DNA from: Octopus sinensis
Taxonomy: Eukaryota
Length of the DNA stretch: 64,000 bases
Direction: 5' to 3'
Assembly (NCBI RefSeq): GCF_006345805.1
Contig: NC_043009.1
Coordinates: forward strand, 15,314,001-15,378,000
Of the stretch, positions 23,760 through 37,121 are shown in pieces. Positions within the stretch are counted from its first letter, which is position 1. The number at the start of each line of letters is the position of its first letter. The translations under genes and the position numbers were made by a program. Below the pieces are notes generated by a model, which made no database searches, was not told where the DNA came from, and saw only the letters and a list, made by a program, of their open reading frames with translations.

Positions 23760-24400
23760 AATATAACTACTTTATCCAGAACCTCAACATACGCAGCCGA
23801 ATTCATCCTAAGGCCTTGGGGAAAGCAGTATTCATCCTATGGCCTTGAGGAGGTATCACATATCCTTCATTACTGACAACATCCAAAACCGTGACACTTA
23901 CAGGAAATTTTGTATGCATTACTTTTGGACTCTCAGAAGGATCTACGCATAGCCGTCTGTCATTTCTTTTAGTTTTCTTTTCTTGCTAAAAGATTTTCTC
24001 ATATGAGAAAATCTCATCTGATGGATTTTTAAGTTTGTTCAAAAGTATTTTGGATCTGCTGAATTGGTTTTCTTTTGTTTTTTGTGACACACGAAATGTT
24101 GTTGCAGTTGACCTCATTGATTTTTCTGGACTGGCTTCAAGGTTATGCTTAACTTCCTGAATAAATTCTGGTGTCCTGATAGAATCAGAGAGTTTGGAAT
24201 GTTTTGTACGTTTCGATACAGGTAATATGCTTTCATCTCCTTTCTCTAACTTACACTGAATCTTGTGGACAGAAGGCCTTGCACATTTCAGAAAACACAG
24301 AATTTGTAAATCACCATGCTTAACCATCAAAGCCAGAATCAAAACATGTCTTTTCCTTTCATTAATAAGCATTGGGCTTGTCACTGTCATTTTCTGAAAT
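23760..24400 (-). mobile_element. maT/DD37D-like Tc1-superfamily transposase fragment
   Basis: ORF 23986..24390: FLKCARPSVHKI...KRTKHSKLSDSIRTPEFIQEV...PEKSMRS; downstream MHTKFPVSVTVLDVVSNEG.V.PP..FPQGLRMNSAAYVEVLDKVV. Confidence 0.75.
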
Positions 24401-24428
24401 ACCAGTTCAATAAAAATTAGTCTGACAC

Positions 24429-24495
<67 letters not shown>

Positions 24496-25335
24496 ATACG
24501 GTGCTCAAGAGTCATATAAGGGACACACATTACATCGTCAATCACTTATTTCAATGACTCTTTCTAGCAATAGCTTTGCTTGTATAGAAGAAAACAGCCA
24601 CTAATACACTCACACACACATACATATGCGCACACACACACACACACTCACATATATATATATATAGTGTACTGTTCCATACTGGTAAGGTAAAACAAAA
24701 TGTACTCCATTTGGCGAGAGATAAATATTATTTAATAAACACAATATATGTATTTATATAATACTATTAGATTCATGTGCAGAGAACACGCCGACCTGGT
24801 TTGACAAACACTTTTGGTGTCCTAACACAATCATCAGACACTGTCCATCTGACATAACGATCTAAATATTGTATGATAGCATGCGAGAAAAGGTGAGATA
24901 TGGCGAGAATGAAGTAGATATAAAAAGGAGAGTTTCATTTCTAGTTTTTAATCTTCCGTTCTTTATATCTACTTATTTTTCGTCTTTTCTCGCTTTTTCT
25001 CTCATCCTACCGTCCCATTTTAGTTCGTTATGCCACGTGAAGAGTGCCTGATAATTGTTCTAGGATACTAGATGTTTGGCATACTTTCGGCACATGAAAC
25101 TAATATTCGCACATAAATACATATATTGCGTTTATCAAATTATATATATATTTATACGCACACGTACGTATATTTTATTGTCAAGAAGAGTTTATACATC
25201 TGCGCATGAGTACGTATGATTGAGAGCATATATACGTATTTGTGCATGCAGATGCATGATTGCATATATAAGTGTATGTGTGTTTGTGCGTTTCGTGTGT
25301 ATGTATATATAATATACATACACACATACACACAC

Positions 25336-25368
<33 letters not shown>

Positions 25369-25459
25369 ATATATATATATATTATATATATATATATATA
25401 TATACTATTATATCCTTCAGTTTGTATATAGACTACACTGTTTAGGTTTAAGACAGTTC

Positions 25460-25740
25460 ACTTGCCCTCCCACAAGTGTATCAGGATTTCACCACAATCG
25501 ACGACCGATGTTTTTCGTTTCTATTTCTTCGAAGCTCCGTCACACAATGCCCCCAACCAATGCTTGCCATCGATATGCAAGCATACCTCTGATTGTTACA
25601 CTCGTTTCTGGTTACCACCTATATCAATTTTTACAAGTACGCTACACGAAAGAATGTCAACAAATTTACTCACAGCCAGGTTTCTCTAATGCCTGTTTCT
25701 TGGACAAAAAGTTTTCCGATTCCTTATCTTTTTGTTTTCT
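25460..25740 (-). mobile_element. Possible very decayed RTE-type LINE fragment
   Basis: Minus-strand traces ETW..., IRGML..RW..HWLGHC in RTE C-terminal order; many frameshifts. Confidence 0.3.
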
Positions 25741-26184
25741 TTATCCAATTATTTTAAAAGCACTGAATATATATTATCAGCTGTCTGTATTCAGGTAGAC
25801 ACTTAATTTGCTGCAGCTGCTACTTAAATGTTGAAATGCCAGTTACCTTTAATAAATAATATGCTCAACCAAAATGGCTTTCTCTCTGTATTTCCACAGC
25901 AATAATGATATAACGTAATACGTTAATTTTTTTATGTTTTCTTCCCTAGCTGCACGGTATATTGTCCTTATTTTGTCTATCTCGTTATTTTTCTAAACTA
26001 ATACACATTTTACAATGCAATTTTTTCTTTGAAAAGGAAAATTATTTTAACTATGTTGATATGAGCTATTGACAAAACGTTTCACGTCGAGCTACATATT
26101 CCAATGCATTTCTGCTTAACATTCTGGAGTTGATAAACATTTTTTATAATGTCTATTATAAATCTTTCCTGGCATTCTTAAGCT

Positions 26185-26194
26185 TTCTTCTTCT

Positions 26195-26236
<42 letters not shown>

Positions 26237-26565
26237 TCATCATCATCATCATCAATCATCATCATCATCATCATCTTCTTCTTCTTCCTCTACTTCTTCT
26301 TCTTCTTCTTCTTCTGTTTCTCCTTCTGTTTCTTCTTCTTCCTCCTCTCTTTCTTTGACTTCTCCTTCTTCTCCTTCTTCTTCTAGTTCTTCTTCTCCTC
26401 CTTATTCTTCTTCTTCCTTTTCTTTTTCCGTTTCTTCTTCTTCTTCTTCCTTTTCTTCTTCTTCTTCCTTTTCTTCTTCTTCCTCCTCTGTTTCTTTTTC
26501 TTCTTTTTCTTCTTCTTCTTCGTCTTCTTCTTCTTCCCCTCCTTCTCCTCCTCCTCCTTCTTTAA
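26185..26565. repeat. Compound (CTT)n(CGT)n(CAT)n and CT-rich low-complexity tract
   Basis: Directly visible. Confidence 0.95.
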
Positions 26566-27599
26566 AATCTACCTTCAACGTTTTATTTATTTAAAGCTTA
26601 ACTCGAAAGTCTTGCTGAATTTACTACTTACCTTTGTTAGATGCAATTTCGTACTTCTATGGGTCGAGACCTAGAGAGAGGATTAAAAATGTGGTTCGAT
26701 TTATGGCAGAATCATTGCCAATTTCTGGCAGAATCATCAATCATTGTTTGTCTTTAGCAGTAACCTTAATCTATTTCGAAAAATAGTCTTGCTATTCTTT
26801 TTCTTTCTTTCCTTGTGACATAGGTTCGCCTTCATAAACTTTCAGCATATTGTCCATTATTTTATTCTCAATGGTTCATTTCGCTAAGACATTCTATCAA
26901 ACGTTGCAAAAACCGAGGAAAATACTGAAGCACATTTAACTCACTTTCTTTGTATTATCAACTGTGACGCAGGAGTTTCGTTTCAGAATATTGGTGAGCT
27001 GACTCAAAGTTGATAAACCAATCTTTTGTAGGATATAGAAATTAGCATATGATAAGAAAATTATATATTTCCTTGTTATTTTAAATATTAAAACTGGTAT
27101 GAATAAATAATGCCTAAGAATTTTGAGCAACTGAGTTAAGTACGTTATGAGATAATATTTAAATTTTATATGCATCAAATGTAGCGTGATAAAAATCAGT
27201 AACTCTACCGAAACGTGTTTTATCATGTTTGCATAGATAATCTAATCGAGCTGAAAAAATGTTTAAGCTGCAAAGGATTTGGATAAAGAAATAATGCTTT
27301 GGTTTTATTTTTATATATTTTGTCGCATCACTTCATTAATTGACGGATTAAACAATGAACATTTAGGCCACATGTATTTTATGATTTCTGGATCGCACTT
27401 TTCATGTCTAAGAGTATTTATAAGTTGCCTGTTACTTCTTTCAATTTATTTGTCTTCTTGCATCACACCTCCATTGTCGTCATCCAAAGAATATATTATT
27501 CCGACAGAAAAAGCATTGGCTAAAAGAATGGCAACTTAATATATCGAGTGTCACAAATGCTTTGTTCTATCATGGCCACAGTCTAATATCTGAAATAAG

Positions 27600-27810
27600 T
27601 ATATCAATGTTTTCTCGGTGGTGGCAGTTGCAGGACATCAAGTTCACCCTTCCCTTTTAAATTCAGCAGCCCACACTTGCACTGTTGACAAAGCTGTAGC
27701 GTCATTCCCTAACGTAGCAATCATGTCAGCATGAACGTTATTGGGGGATAAATCCTTTTTTTTTGCAGATACATAGTAACACCACGATGCCACATTTTAT
27801 CAATTTTATC
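27600..27810 (-). mobile_element. mariner transposase N-terminal fragment
   Basis: Minus strand DKIWHRGV..YLQKKGLSP.NVHADMIATLGNDA.ALSTVQVWAAEFKR..PATATTE (paired-like HTH region). Confidence 0.75.
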
Positions 27811-28498
27811 AGCTTTGTCAACAGTGCAAGTGTGGGCTGCTGAATAAAGGTCTTACTGAGTAAGGTCTGGAAGCCTTTCTACTTTATCAGGTTTGATCTG
27901 GGGAACAATTTCGCGAGTACTTCAAGCAAAATGCTTCCTATCGATTAGTTTGGCGTTGAGAAGGCTGTCGTTGTCAACACAGCCCAACAACCAGATATAT
28001 TATATTTTCATCTGTCATAAATTACAAATAGCGAGGACTACTCCATTAGCGTTAATTTCAAATACACTTCAAAATGATGTATTGACAGAATCCTCTTAAC
28101 GAAAACACTGAGGTTAGCATTTTGGCATGCATCAGCGAAACGCATTTAAGTTTTATTTGTTTTTGTCAGGAAGCCACATACAGAATATGTGTCGATACAG
28201 AACAGTACCGTCAGTGTGAACTTCACACATGCACCATGATTATAAATCACAAAATTAGCATCCGACAAAATTGTATGGTCACCTAGAGTCGGGGTCGTTT
28301 CAAAAATAATAGTAACTGTGTTACCCGTAATAAGCATCTGATTATGTATAATACCTGGGGCGTTTTTATAGTACCAGAATACATACGGGTTCAATGAGAA
28401 TAAAAATGTCTTTCGAAAACGTTAGATCATGATCTGTATAAATATACAATGACGTGAATGTGCAGCCGGATATTTCAAGAAGACTATATCCCCCCTCC

Positions 28499-28535
<37 letters not shown>

Positions 28536-28619
28536 GTTTTATCATGTTTGCATATAGCAAATATACAGAAAAATCTAGGCCTGAGAATACTACATCTTTG
28601 CACATAATAATAATTATCT

Positions 28620-28970
28620 ATATATGCGAGACACCATATTTTCGACATAATTCCACAATCTTCAAATCTCGGGCTCTGCACGAGTGCTTGCAGTATAGTT
28701 TCGTCGTTCTGCGCGCATCTCGGGCAGTTCAGTGCATGTAGAATTTATCTCGATCCGGCATTCCACTTCAGTAGCAATACCAGGTCAGAGATATTTTAAG
28801 TTTACCCAAGGTAATTCCCGTCCTGAATCTCCTACGTAACAAGCCAGATAGTCCGTCCTCGTTTTTACTCAGAGTTGCCCCAAACTACAAATCTTTCTAC
28901 TACTAACTTAGAACGTCCGTCGACCACATTGACCAATTAACAAGAAGAAGAGGTCTAACAAAATTGCAAG
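28620..28970 (-). mobile_element. L1/Tx1-like LINE C-terminal zinc-finger fragment, decayed
   Basis: Minus strand SLTWYCY..GMPDRDKFY.H..CPRCAQNDETILQALVQSP..LWNYVE (CxxC..ET..H...C-type motif). Confidence 0.5.
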
Positions 28971-28994
28971 CGCCACACGTCAAATAATAATAAT

Positions 28995-31110
28995 TAGTGA
29001 GAATGATAAACATGGACCCAGCACACAGTAATGCGAAGGGAACAGGCCCAACATATGAGTAGTAAGAGCTCTGCAGTCTTGGCTAACAATCTTACTAGGG
29101 ATGGTGTCTCGATAAAAATATCGGTTGGCAGCTAACCTTAAAACACAAACCTCATTGTTGAGTAAAAACGTCTTATACAAATGTATTAAACAACAGAGTT
29201 AATGAGGCTGGAACCAAAGGTGAAAGTATTTCATCTGGCAGGTACCCTATCGTTTGGCACCGTAGTCCCGACCAATATCCAGAAGCTGCTTGTACACAAA
29301 GCTGGAAGCAGAGAATAAGGTGGGATAAGGAGACAAAACGAATGATAATTGAATGCTGGATCAGGAGTGAACCAAGTAGAAGGGCATTCCGACAACGAAT
29401 GAAAGGACATTGGAATAGCGCTCAGTAGGACTATTACGAAATGTTTGCCTCCTTGCCACGGCCAGAATAATCAGGGAAGTATTAGAGAGTTGGAAAGACT
29501 TGATAACATCGTAGGCTGCAGATAAAATGAATGATCTTCCAAGGAGACTCACTGTCACTCCCGATTTTCTGCCTTTCTCTGATGCCGCTAACAAACATAT
29601 TAAAAAAACCACAATGGGTTGTTGGTGCTACGGACAAAAATAAACCATTTTTCTGTACATGGGTAACCTAAAACCTTTCGCTAAAAGCATCATAGAACAG
29701 AGATACTTTACTGAAATTGTTCAGCGTTTCAGCCATGACATCAGGATGAGCATGGGTTTGCGCAAATGTGCCAGTGTCACACTGAGAAGAGGCAAATTAT
29801 TCAACACTGAATGCACTGCACTCAATATGGACATAGAAATTAGAGAATTAGACAACAGCTGCCCAAACAAATATCTAGGAATAGAAGAAACATGAAAGGG
29901 AAATTTAGGAGAGACAATTACAGATTTCAGAAGAGTTACACTAATATTAAACACCGAATTTAATGCTAAATGTAAGATAATAGAGATACACACCCTAGCC
30001 ATACCAGTCATGAATTACAGCTTTAGAATAATAAATTGGAAGCTCAGTGAATTGAGAAACCTAGTTAGGAAAACCAGAAAACTACTAACATCGTACCGAA
30101 GTCACCACCACAAAGCAGACGCAGACAGAATATAACTACCCTGCTGGGAAGGAGGCCGTGACCTGATAAAGATAGAACACAACTATAAAATAACAACAGT
30201 TGGACTAACAAAGAACCATGAAACAAAGAGTGGAAGACTACTGCATTTAGTAAAACAGCATGAGAACAAGAAAACAAAATATAAATGGGAATGCACTCAC
30301 CTCAAATGAAAGCAGAAATGGTCAGAGCGACAAAAACATGCAAACTGAATTACATAAGATACTGAGGAAATGGCCAATACCCTGTAAGGCTTGACAGAGA
30401 AGAAATGAGCATATATATATAAGTTAACAACGGCTTCAAAAGCTCTGGACTAAAAACCCGAAACGCAAGGACCGATTCTTGCTGCATAATACCAATGCCT
30501 GACTACAGAATACGTAGAATGTGCAACCAACCCAATGAGATATTTGACCACATTATCTTGGGTTGCCCAGTTCTTGCCAAGTCTCAATCTGTATACAGGC
30601 ATACCAAACTAAGCAGTTTTATCAACCGGATAATATGCCAATATTACAACATCAAAACTGATGTTGTATTGTTTTAAAGGACACCACGCAAGTACAGGAG
30701 CAGCAACATTACACTTAACCAGAAAGGAATGTGGAAGAGGGTTAATATCAGAAGTCGGCGTGGAGATAGCTAAAATAGATATCGAATCCTTTGTAGGTAT
30801 TACTGAAGAAAGTTTATGAAGAGCCGCGAGATCACAGCATGACATAAGAATGCCAAAAAGCCAAACGGAATTAAAAACAGACAAAAGAACAAAAGTTATC
30901 TGACTGGCAGGAGAAGGCTTTTCATGATAGATTCTCAAAGATAGTTGCAGTAAATAGTAGTGGTGAGACATGGTTATGGTTCCAGGAATAAAAGCTGAAA
31001 AGGAGACACAAAGTATGTTAGTAGCAGCACAAGTTAAAGTATTAAGGACTCATTGGATAAAAGCCAAAATAGGCACAAACCAAGCAGTTGCCCAATGCAG
31101 GTTATTCAAA
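28995..31110 (+). mobile_element. R4/Dong-type LINE relic with apparent 5' end, large internal deletions and a second fragment
   Basis: Starts after short (TAA)n; N-terminal RIRWDKE...IIECWIRSEP.RRAFRQRMK..W; RT LYMGNLKPFAK (YMDDLK position), FSHDIRM.MGL.KCA, KYLGIEE, IL.TEFNA, AIPVMNYSF; SGLKPET..ILAA; CRMC....EIFDHIILGCPVLAK. Separate piece GIKAEKET.SMLVAAQ..LRT...CRL at 30970-31110. Confidence 0.8.
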
Positions 31111-31679
31111 CCAAAAGAGGTAAGTGTTATTGAGTTACAGGAAATGATAATTCAATCTAGGGAGTGTAATCCAATTGGAGTTATGTAGAAAGCTGGAATT
31201 TGACTGCACTAGCAAATCGTATGAATATGACTGTAGTAAATTACTAGATAGTCAGATGTGGATATGATGTTATGAAGAGTATAACCCAAACAAATATTTG
31301 GATATGGTTATCTAGAATAACCTTTTGCAGAATTAACATGTTTACACATCGTACTCCCTACTACTCCAAACGTAGTTCCGATATCAAAATAACTCAATAA
31401 CCAATACGGACGATCAATGCTGTCAACTCTGCAGCTGTCAACTGTACCGCTGCAAAAATTTATCGCTCTCAGCTACCGACACTATCTATTTCATTGAAAT
31501 GTGTTAATCCACTCTCAGTCACGTGGGGCTGGTGAGGATTCATCCACATCTCACCTTTTTTAGATTTAACCTCCTTCCAGAAGTTGATATCTCTCACCCT
31601 TAGGGTCTAATTCCAGTATTTTCGTTCTTTTCTTTTTCTCGTATTTGAACGTGTAGTTTCAATTTGAGTGAGTGCTGGT

Positions 31680-32993
31680 ACCCAAAAGTGTCATAAAAAT
31701 CTTCCATGGGAATTTCATCTCACGTGCCCGTTTCTTCCGTAAATCATGTTTATGTTGGTTTATATGTCTTTTATTTTTTACCGAGAATTTTTCCAATTTG
31801 TTTAATAATTACACCCACTTCGCAGATTTCTTTACTACCATAACTCTACATTTTAAAACAATCTTTCTCGCCTATTCTGAAAATTTTTGAATTATCTTTA
31901 TTGTTCACCATTTTGTTTTTCACTCGGTAACGACTTCTCAAAGACGGATCTAATATTTCTAACGGACATTAATCCCGTTGGTGATATTTTAGACGCCGTA
32001 TTAAAATTAAGTGTTAGTCAGTACACTCTTGGAAATTGCTGCAATGTTAAACCATCCATTACTACATTGTTCACTTTTTTAAAAGCCATCTTAAAAATAT
32101 TCAGAAAACACTCCACTTGTCCACTTGACGTTGGAAGATACAGTGAACTGGTCATATGCTCGATAACAAACATTTTACAAAATTTTCTAAACTCGGAGGA
32201 AAACCATATCTGGCGCAAAAATCGTGTGAAAAACCTACTGTAAGAGCGGATTCCAGTTTTTTACACTTATGCACTTGAGGCCAATTAGAAAAATTGTCCA
32301 CCACAATAAGGTACTCAACATATAGCCTGGACCATGGGTTATTTGTTTTTGGCCACGGTTACAATTTTGAGGTAAGTGATTTTGCAGCTAAGTTACAACC
32401 TCTGCATGCTTTCATTAGCTCTTCCATGTCTTCATTCTTGGCCAATGCCCATAAATTCCCATTAACGATTTCATTTTCGATATCCCTATGTGACCAATGT
32501 GAATTTCCTTTAGTAACCGCTTCTGTAGTGTGCCAGGTAATAAGACTCTTAGTCTTTGTGTATTGTCATAAGTTGAGAACAGGTTCAAATTTGTGTTGCG
32601 TTTAGCAAAACCCATTTTAGAAATATCTTTTAGTCCTCATCACTTCTTTCGTTTTTTAAACAACTTCATCGTTGTCCTCTTGTAATTTTATGTCTTGCAA
32701 TCTAACTGGTAATTTGCGTATGAAATTACATAAATCATTTTTAATTTCATTTTCCGCTGACAACGCTGCAATCACGGTATCCTCAAACAGTTCAGTATCT
32801 TTCGCTACCAATCTTGATAAGCAATCAGTCTATCGTAATTTCTTAAATGGTGTAAACTCCACTTTAAAAAAATTGTTTAGTAATATAATACCCCAACATT
32901 GCAGCCTATTAGCAGTATGGGTGGGGGTTCCTTTCTTCGACTTATATATAGACAATAACAGACGATGATTAGTCTGCAGTCGGAAATTTCTAT

Positions 32994-33000
<7 letters not shown>
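31680..33000 (-). mobile_element. Ty3/Gypsy LTR retrotransposon pol fragment (end of RNase H to integrase), decayed
   Basis: Minus strand FRLQTNHRLLLSIY.SKKG.PTHTANRLQCWGIILL (RNase H end), LLKEIHIGHIGISKMKSL...WPRM (H2C2 region), FSSEFRKFC.MF.IEH.TSS.Y.PTSSGQVECF...FK (integrase core), KRHINQ. Confidence 0.82.
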
Positions 33001-33056
<56 letters not shown>

Positions 33057-36000
33057 TAATAGTAATTGGATAGAATAATAGTAATTGGATAGAATAAAGA
33101 CGTGGTACGTGCAAACTGTAGGAGGCATAGAGAGTCGTAAGGCAAATATACCAAGGGATGTATTGACCTAATGTGACGATAAACTTGAACATCAAATACC
33201 GGATAGTTGTTGTGAATATAGAAGGCAAACTGTCGTTATTGAAAGTGAATGCTATAGCTGTTGTTGGGAAAGGAGGGGATGAAGGAAGGAACTGAAGGGG
33301 ATGAAGAAAAGAACAGGAGGGGAGAGAAGGAAGGGATGGTAAGTGGAGGAGGGGAAGTGAGGGAGATGAAGGAAGCAACAGGTAGGGTCATGGAAGGATG
33401 GGAAACCAATAAGTGTCTGGTGATTTTACACAATTACTTGGAGAGCATTGAAGATACTAATCGAATTCAGCACAATATTGTATTCGACAGTATTAGAGAA
33501 GAAATGTATGATTACTGTGATGGAAACTCCAATTATATTTATTCTTCTGAGCCAAGAAATTTATAAGATTTTGTATTAAACTATCACATACAATAATCTG
33601 AAATTTAGTTAAAGTTACCAATATATTTGATTTACGATGAAGGCAATCTGATAAATCTCCTAACAAATTATCGCCAAATTTAAATAACGTGTAAAGCTCC
33701 ACCCGTCTAAAGTAAATATTCAGAAATTCGAAATCCAAAGATTTCGATATTGATAAGTGAATTCTGTGCTTAGATGATAAAGCAATTTTACATTAGTCTT
33801 TAACTTGCCAAGAAGGGCATAGGATATTGAAGTTTCTTCGATTAGTTTCACCGGAAACTTTTCCCCATTTACAAACATTATGATTTTCGTGCGTTATCTG
33901 ATGCTTCGTTAATAACATAATGCTAGTTCTTTATATACTGTTTCTCGAAATTTAATCACAGTGGTATATTTCTTAGTGCAATCAAAATGCTTCCAGATTG
34001 GAAATTTGAACATAAAAGCTGTGTGTTCTATATTTACCCACGAAGTAATGATACATAATTTAAGACGGTAACCATATTAAGAGTAATATCTTAACCATGA
34101 TCAAAGTATTTAGTAGATAGAACATTAAACAATCTATTTAAAATTATGTAATGAGGGAAAACATTAGGTGCCAATGACCACCTAAAAATTTGCTCGTGGG
34201 AAGCATCTAATGCAATAATCTCGATTCAATGAAATATGGATTGAATGATTGCTAGAAACCAAATGGAAATATAAATTCCATATTTCAAACATGAAGGGCA
34301 TTAATCAAATAAATTATAGTAAGTGAATATTCCTTGAGAAGAATCGCTACGTATGTCTTTTTCGAATTCATGTAAGGTATGTTCATGTTCTATCTGGAGA
34401 CATGGTAGAGTTACACAGAAGGTGCACGCATCGGTCATGCTTGAATTTCTGATAGGAATGATAGGAATTGTGATTACGTTTCTCGGCATATACATACACA
34501 CGCTCTCTTGCTCTTTCTCACACACAAACAAAAATTTCATTTCAATCACATATTGGTATCTATAAAAATAGTGAATATATGTGGATAAATCGATAAAGTT
34601 TGCGAAAATTATCTGAATAGAATTTATTTGAATACTATATTCTATATCCATACATATACTACAAGAAGGTAGTTATGCGCCTGTTTGGCTAATCTGTTAT
34701 TTTCTCTTAATTCACTTTCCTTTAAACAAACACTGACCTCTCTTGAATTTGTTGCTGCCACCAACATGTCTAAATAAATCTGAATACAAAACAATGGCAA
34801 TTAAAACTCTTTAATACCCAGCTTTATGTGCATGACTGTTAGTTTGGTCAATAACGTAATTACTATACGAATCAACTGGCTCAAATACCTCACTTGAACT
34901 TTTCTTCCGATGGCTATGCTTTTGTCTCCTTTTAAACGGTTTATCTCCACAATCCAATAATCTACTGCTGTTACAAGATTATTAATAGCATTAATCTCAG
35001 AAATCTTCTACCTCCGATCTCACATTCTATGGAAATAAAACTACTTCGAGCACTAATTCACATTTGCTAGATGCAGTTTACTCCTTAATAAAAGTTAGTA
35101 CTTATTTCAATATAATTCTGCCTTAAGGCCTGAGAAAGTATCATAATAATATTAGTACAATAAATTGAGACTCCACACTTTGAGAGGAAAAGGAAAATAT
35201 GGAACTCCGGAAATTTCTTCATTATAGTCTTGGAATAGAGATTTTAAATATATTTACTTAACTTGTTCATTGATCTGCATAATTAACGATTTGATATTTA
35301 TATAATTCATTTGTTCTACGGAAATTTAATAATTCACTAAATAGCTCCTACCTGATTACAAATACATTCGTAATTACACCTTCCGTTTCGCTGTTCTTCA
35401 GTTAGCTAATAATAATTTGTTTCCTGACAGTGTGATGTGAAAACTAATAAATTCTTTAGAAAATATAATGGTTTGGAGGATAAATGTCTGCTGAGAACTA
35501 CGTAGTAATTAAAAATAATTAATGAATACAATGTGTATTATATCGCTACGATATACCTTTCTGAAACAAATTAACAAAGTTGTATTGAACGATGAGTTAA
35601 ATGTTAAGTTAATATGCTGGTATGTATGGAGGTGGCTACCATTGTATAAGAAAGATAGTGGTCAATTGAACAGAGAACAAGATTCCATGCAAATTCAAAA
35701 TAACGTTACTTCACTCGTGCTACTAATGTCCTTGAGAATACCATTATGCATGCATTTTCATATTCCTTTCCATTAAAATCTCACTCCCCAGATATCCTTA
35801 GATAGTTTTATTCCTTTATTGCACATCTGGAAAATATTTTCTGAATGATTTATTATCAAAATTATACTATGTATTTCTGCATGTTATTGAAATGAACAGT
35901 AGCATGACGTGAAGGATAATACAATTTACAATGATTGGCTACAGTGATTCGAAATAAGCAAACTGCAATACCATACTTAAGAGAAAAGTTGAAAAGTTTT

Positions 36001-36439
36001 GATGGAAGAAGAGAGTTGCCTGTAGAATATGCCTAACACCACTATCAGGACGATGGGATTTCTTCATTAAGCAATTTATCGCATATCAGTCTAAAACCCG
36101 AAAATGCTGTAGAACATTTATTCGAGCACACACTTAAAGTTACTTGAATGAATCTAGGGTAATAACTTGAAACAATTATATTAATATATAAACTACTGAA
36201 AATCAAAAGTAAAATAACCAAATCTAGAATCACTAAATTGGAATTTAATGTTTACTAAAAATATCTTGACTTGCAAAAAGCACCATATTGAATAACTTGA
36301 TTATTTATTTAATTATGAACCGATTAATTATGAACTTGATTATTTATTTAATTATATATATATATATATAAATACATACATACAAACATGCATGCATACA
36401 CACACACACACACACGCAAACATACACACGCACACACAC

Positions 36440-36498
<59 letters not shown>

Positions 36499-37078
36499 CA
36501 TTAGTTGATAATTTAAGATTTTTTCAAATCCCCCTCCTCCATTCAGAACCGATTTTGGCATTTCCTTTCCCCTTCACTGTTAAATACGATGGGAGAACAG
36601 ATGAATTTTTTAAAACGAAATATCGTTGAAAGTCGCCATCATCATTTTAATCGTCACTTCCTGTAATTTCAAACAAACAATGAAACGTAATTTAAAGACA
36701 ATAGTGAAATATTGTCCCTCCATAATCCGTAAAATTTTGGCGTTTTTTTTTCAAAATCTGATTTGTATTAATAATTTTTAAATACTGGGTATCCGAATCT
36801 GCAATTTATTTCTCTTAATAATTTTCTTTTTTTAATTCTGGCGAAAGAGTGTGTCATTTAATTCAGAGCTAAATTTTGTTTCTAGCATCATTAATGACCA
36901 CTTGGTGTCTTACTCATTTCTTTGTCACTCTGATATTTTTAGATATTTTTATCCTCATAAACACATTTTGTGAGATAGTGAGGCGCCGGTCATTGTTGGT
37001 AAGTAAGCATCAGCAACATAAAAAATGTAATTTAAAGCTTTAACCTACCACACCACATCAAGCGAGCGCGCGCGCGTA

Positions 37079-37121
<43 letters not shown>

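Noticed and set aside
33420-34200. Possible Gypsy protease/RT continuation (VNGEKFPVKL..)
   Set aside because: Catalytic DTG and YxDD motifs not recoverable, so it was left out of the Gypsy feature.
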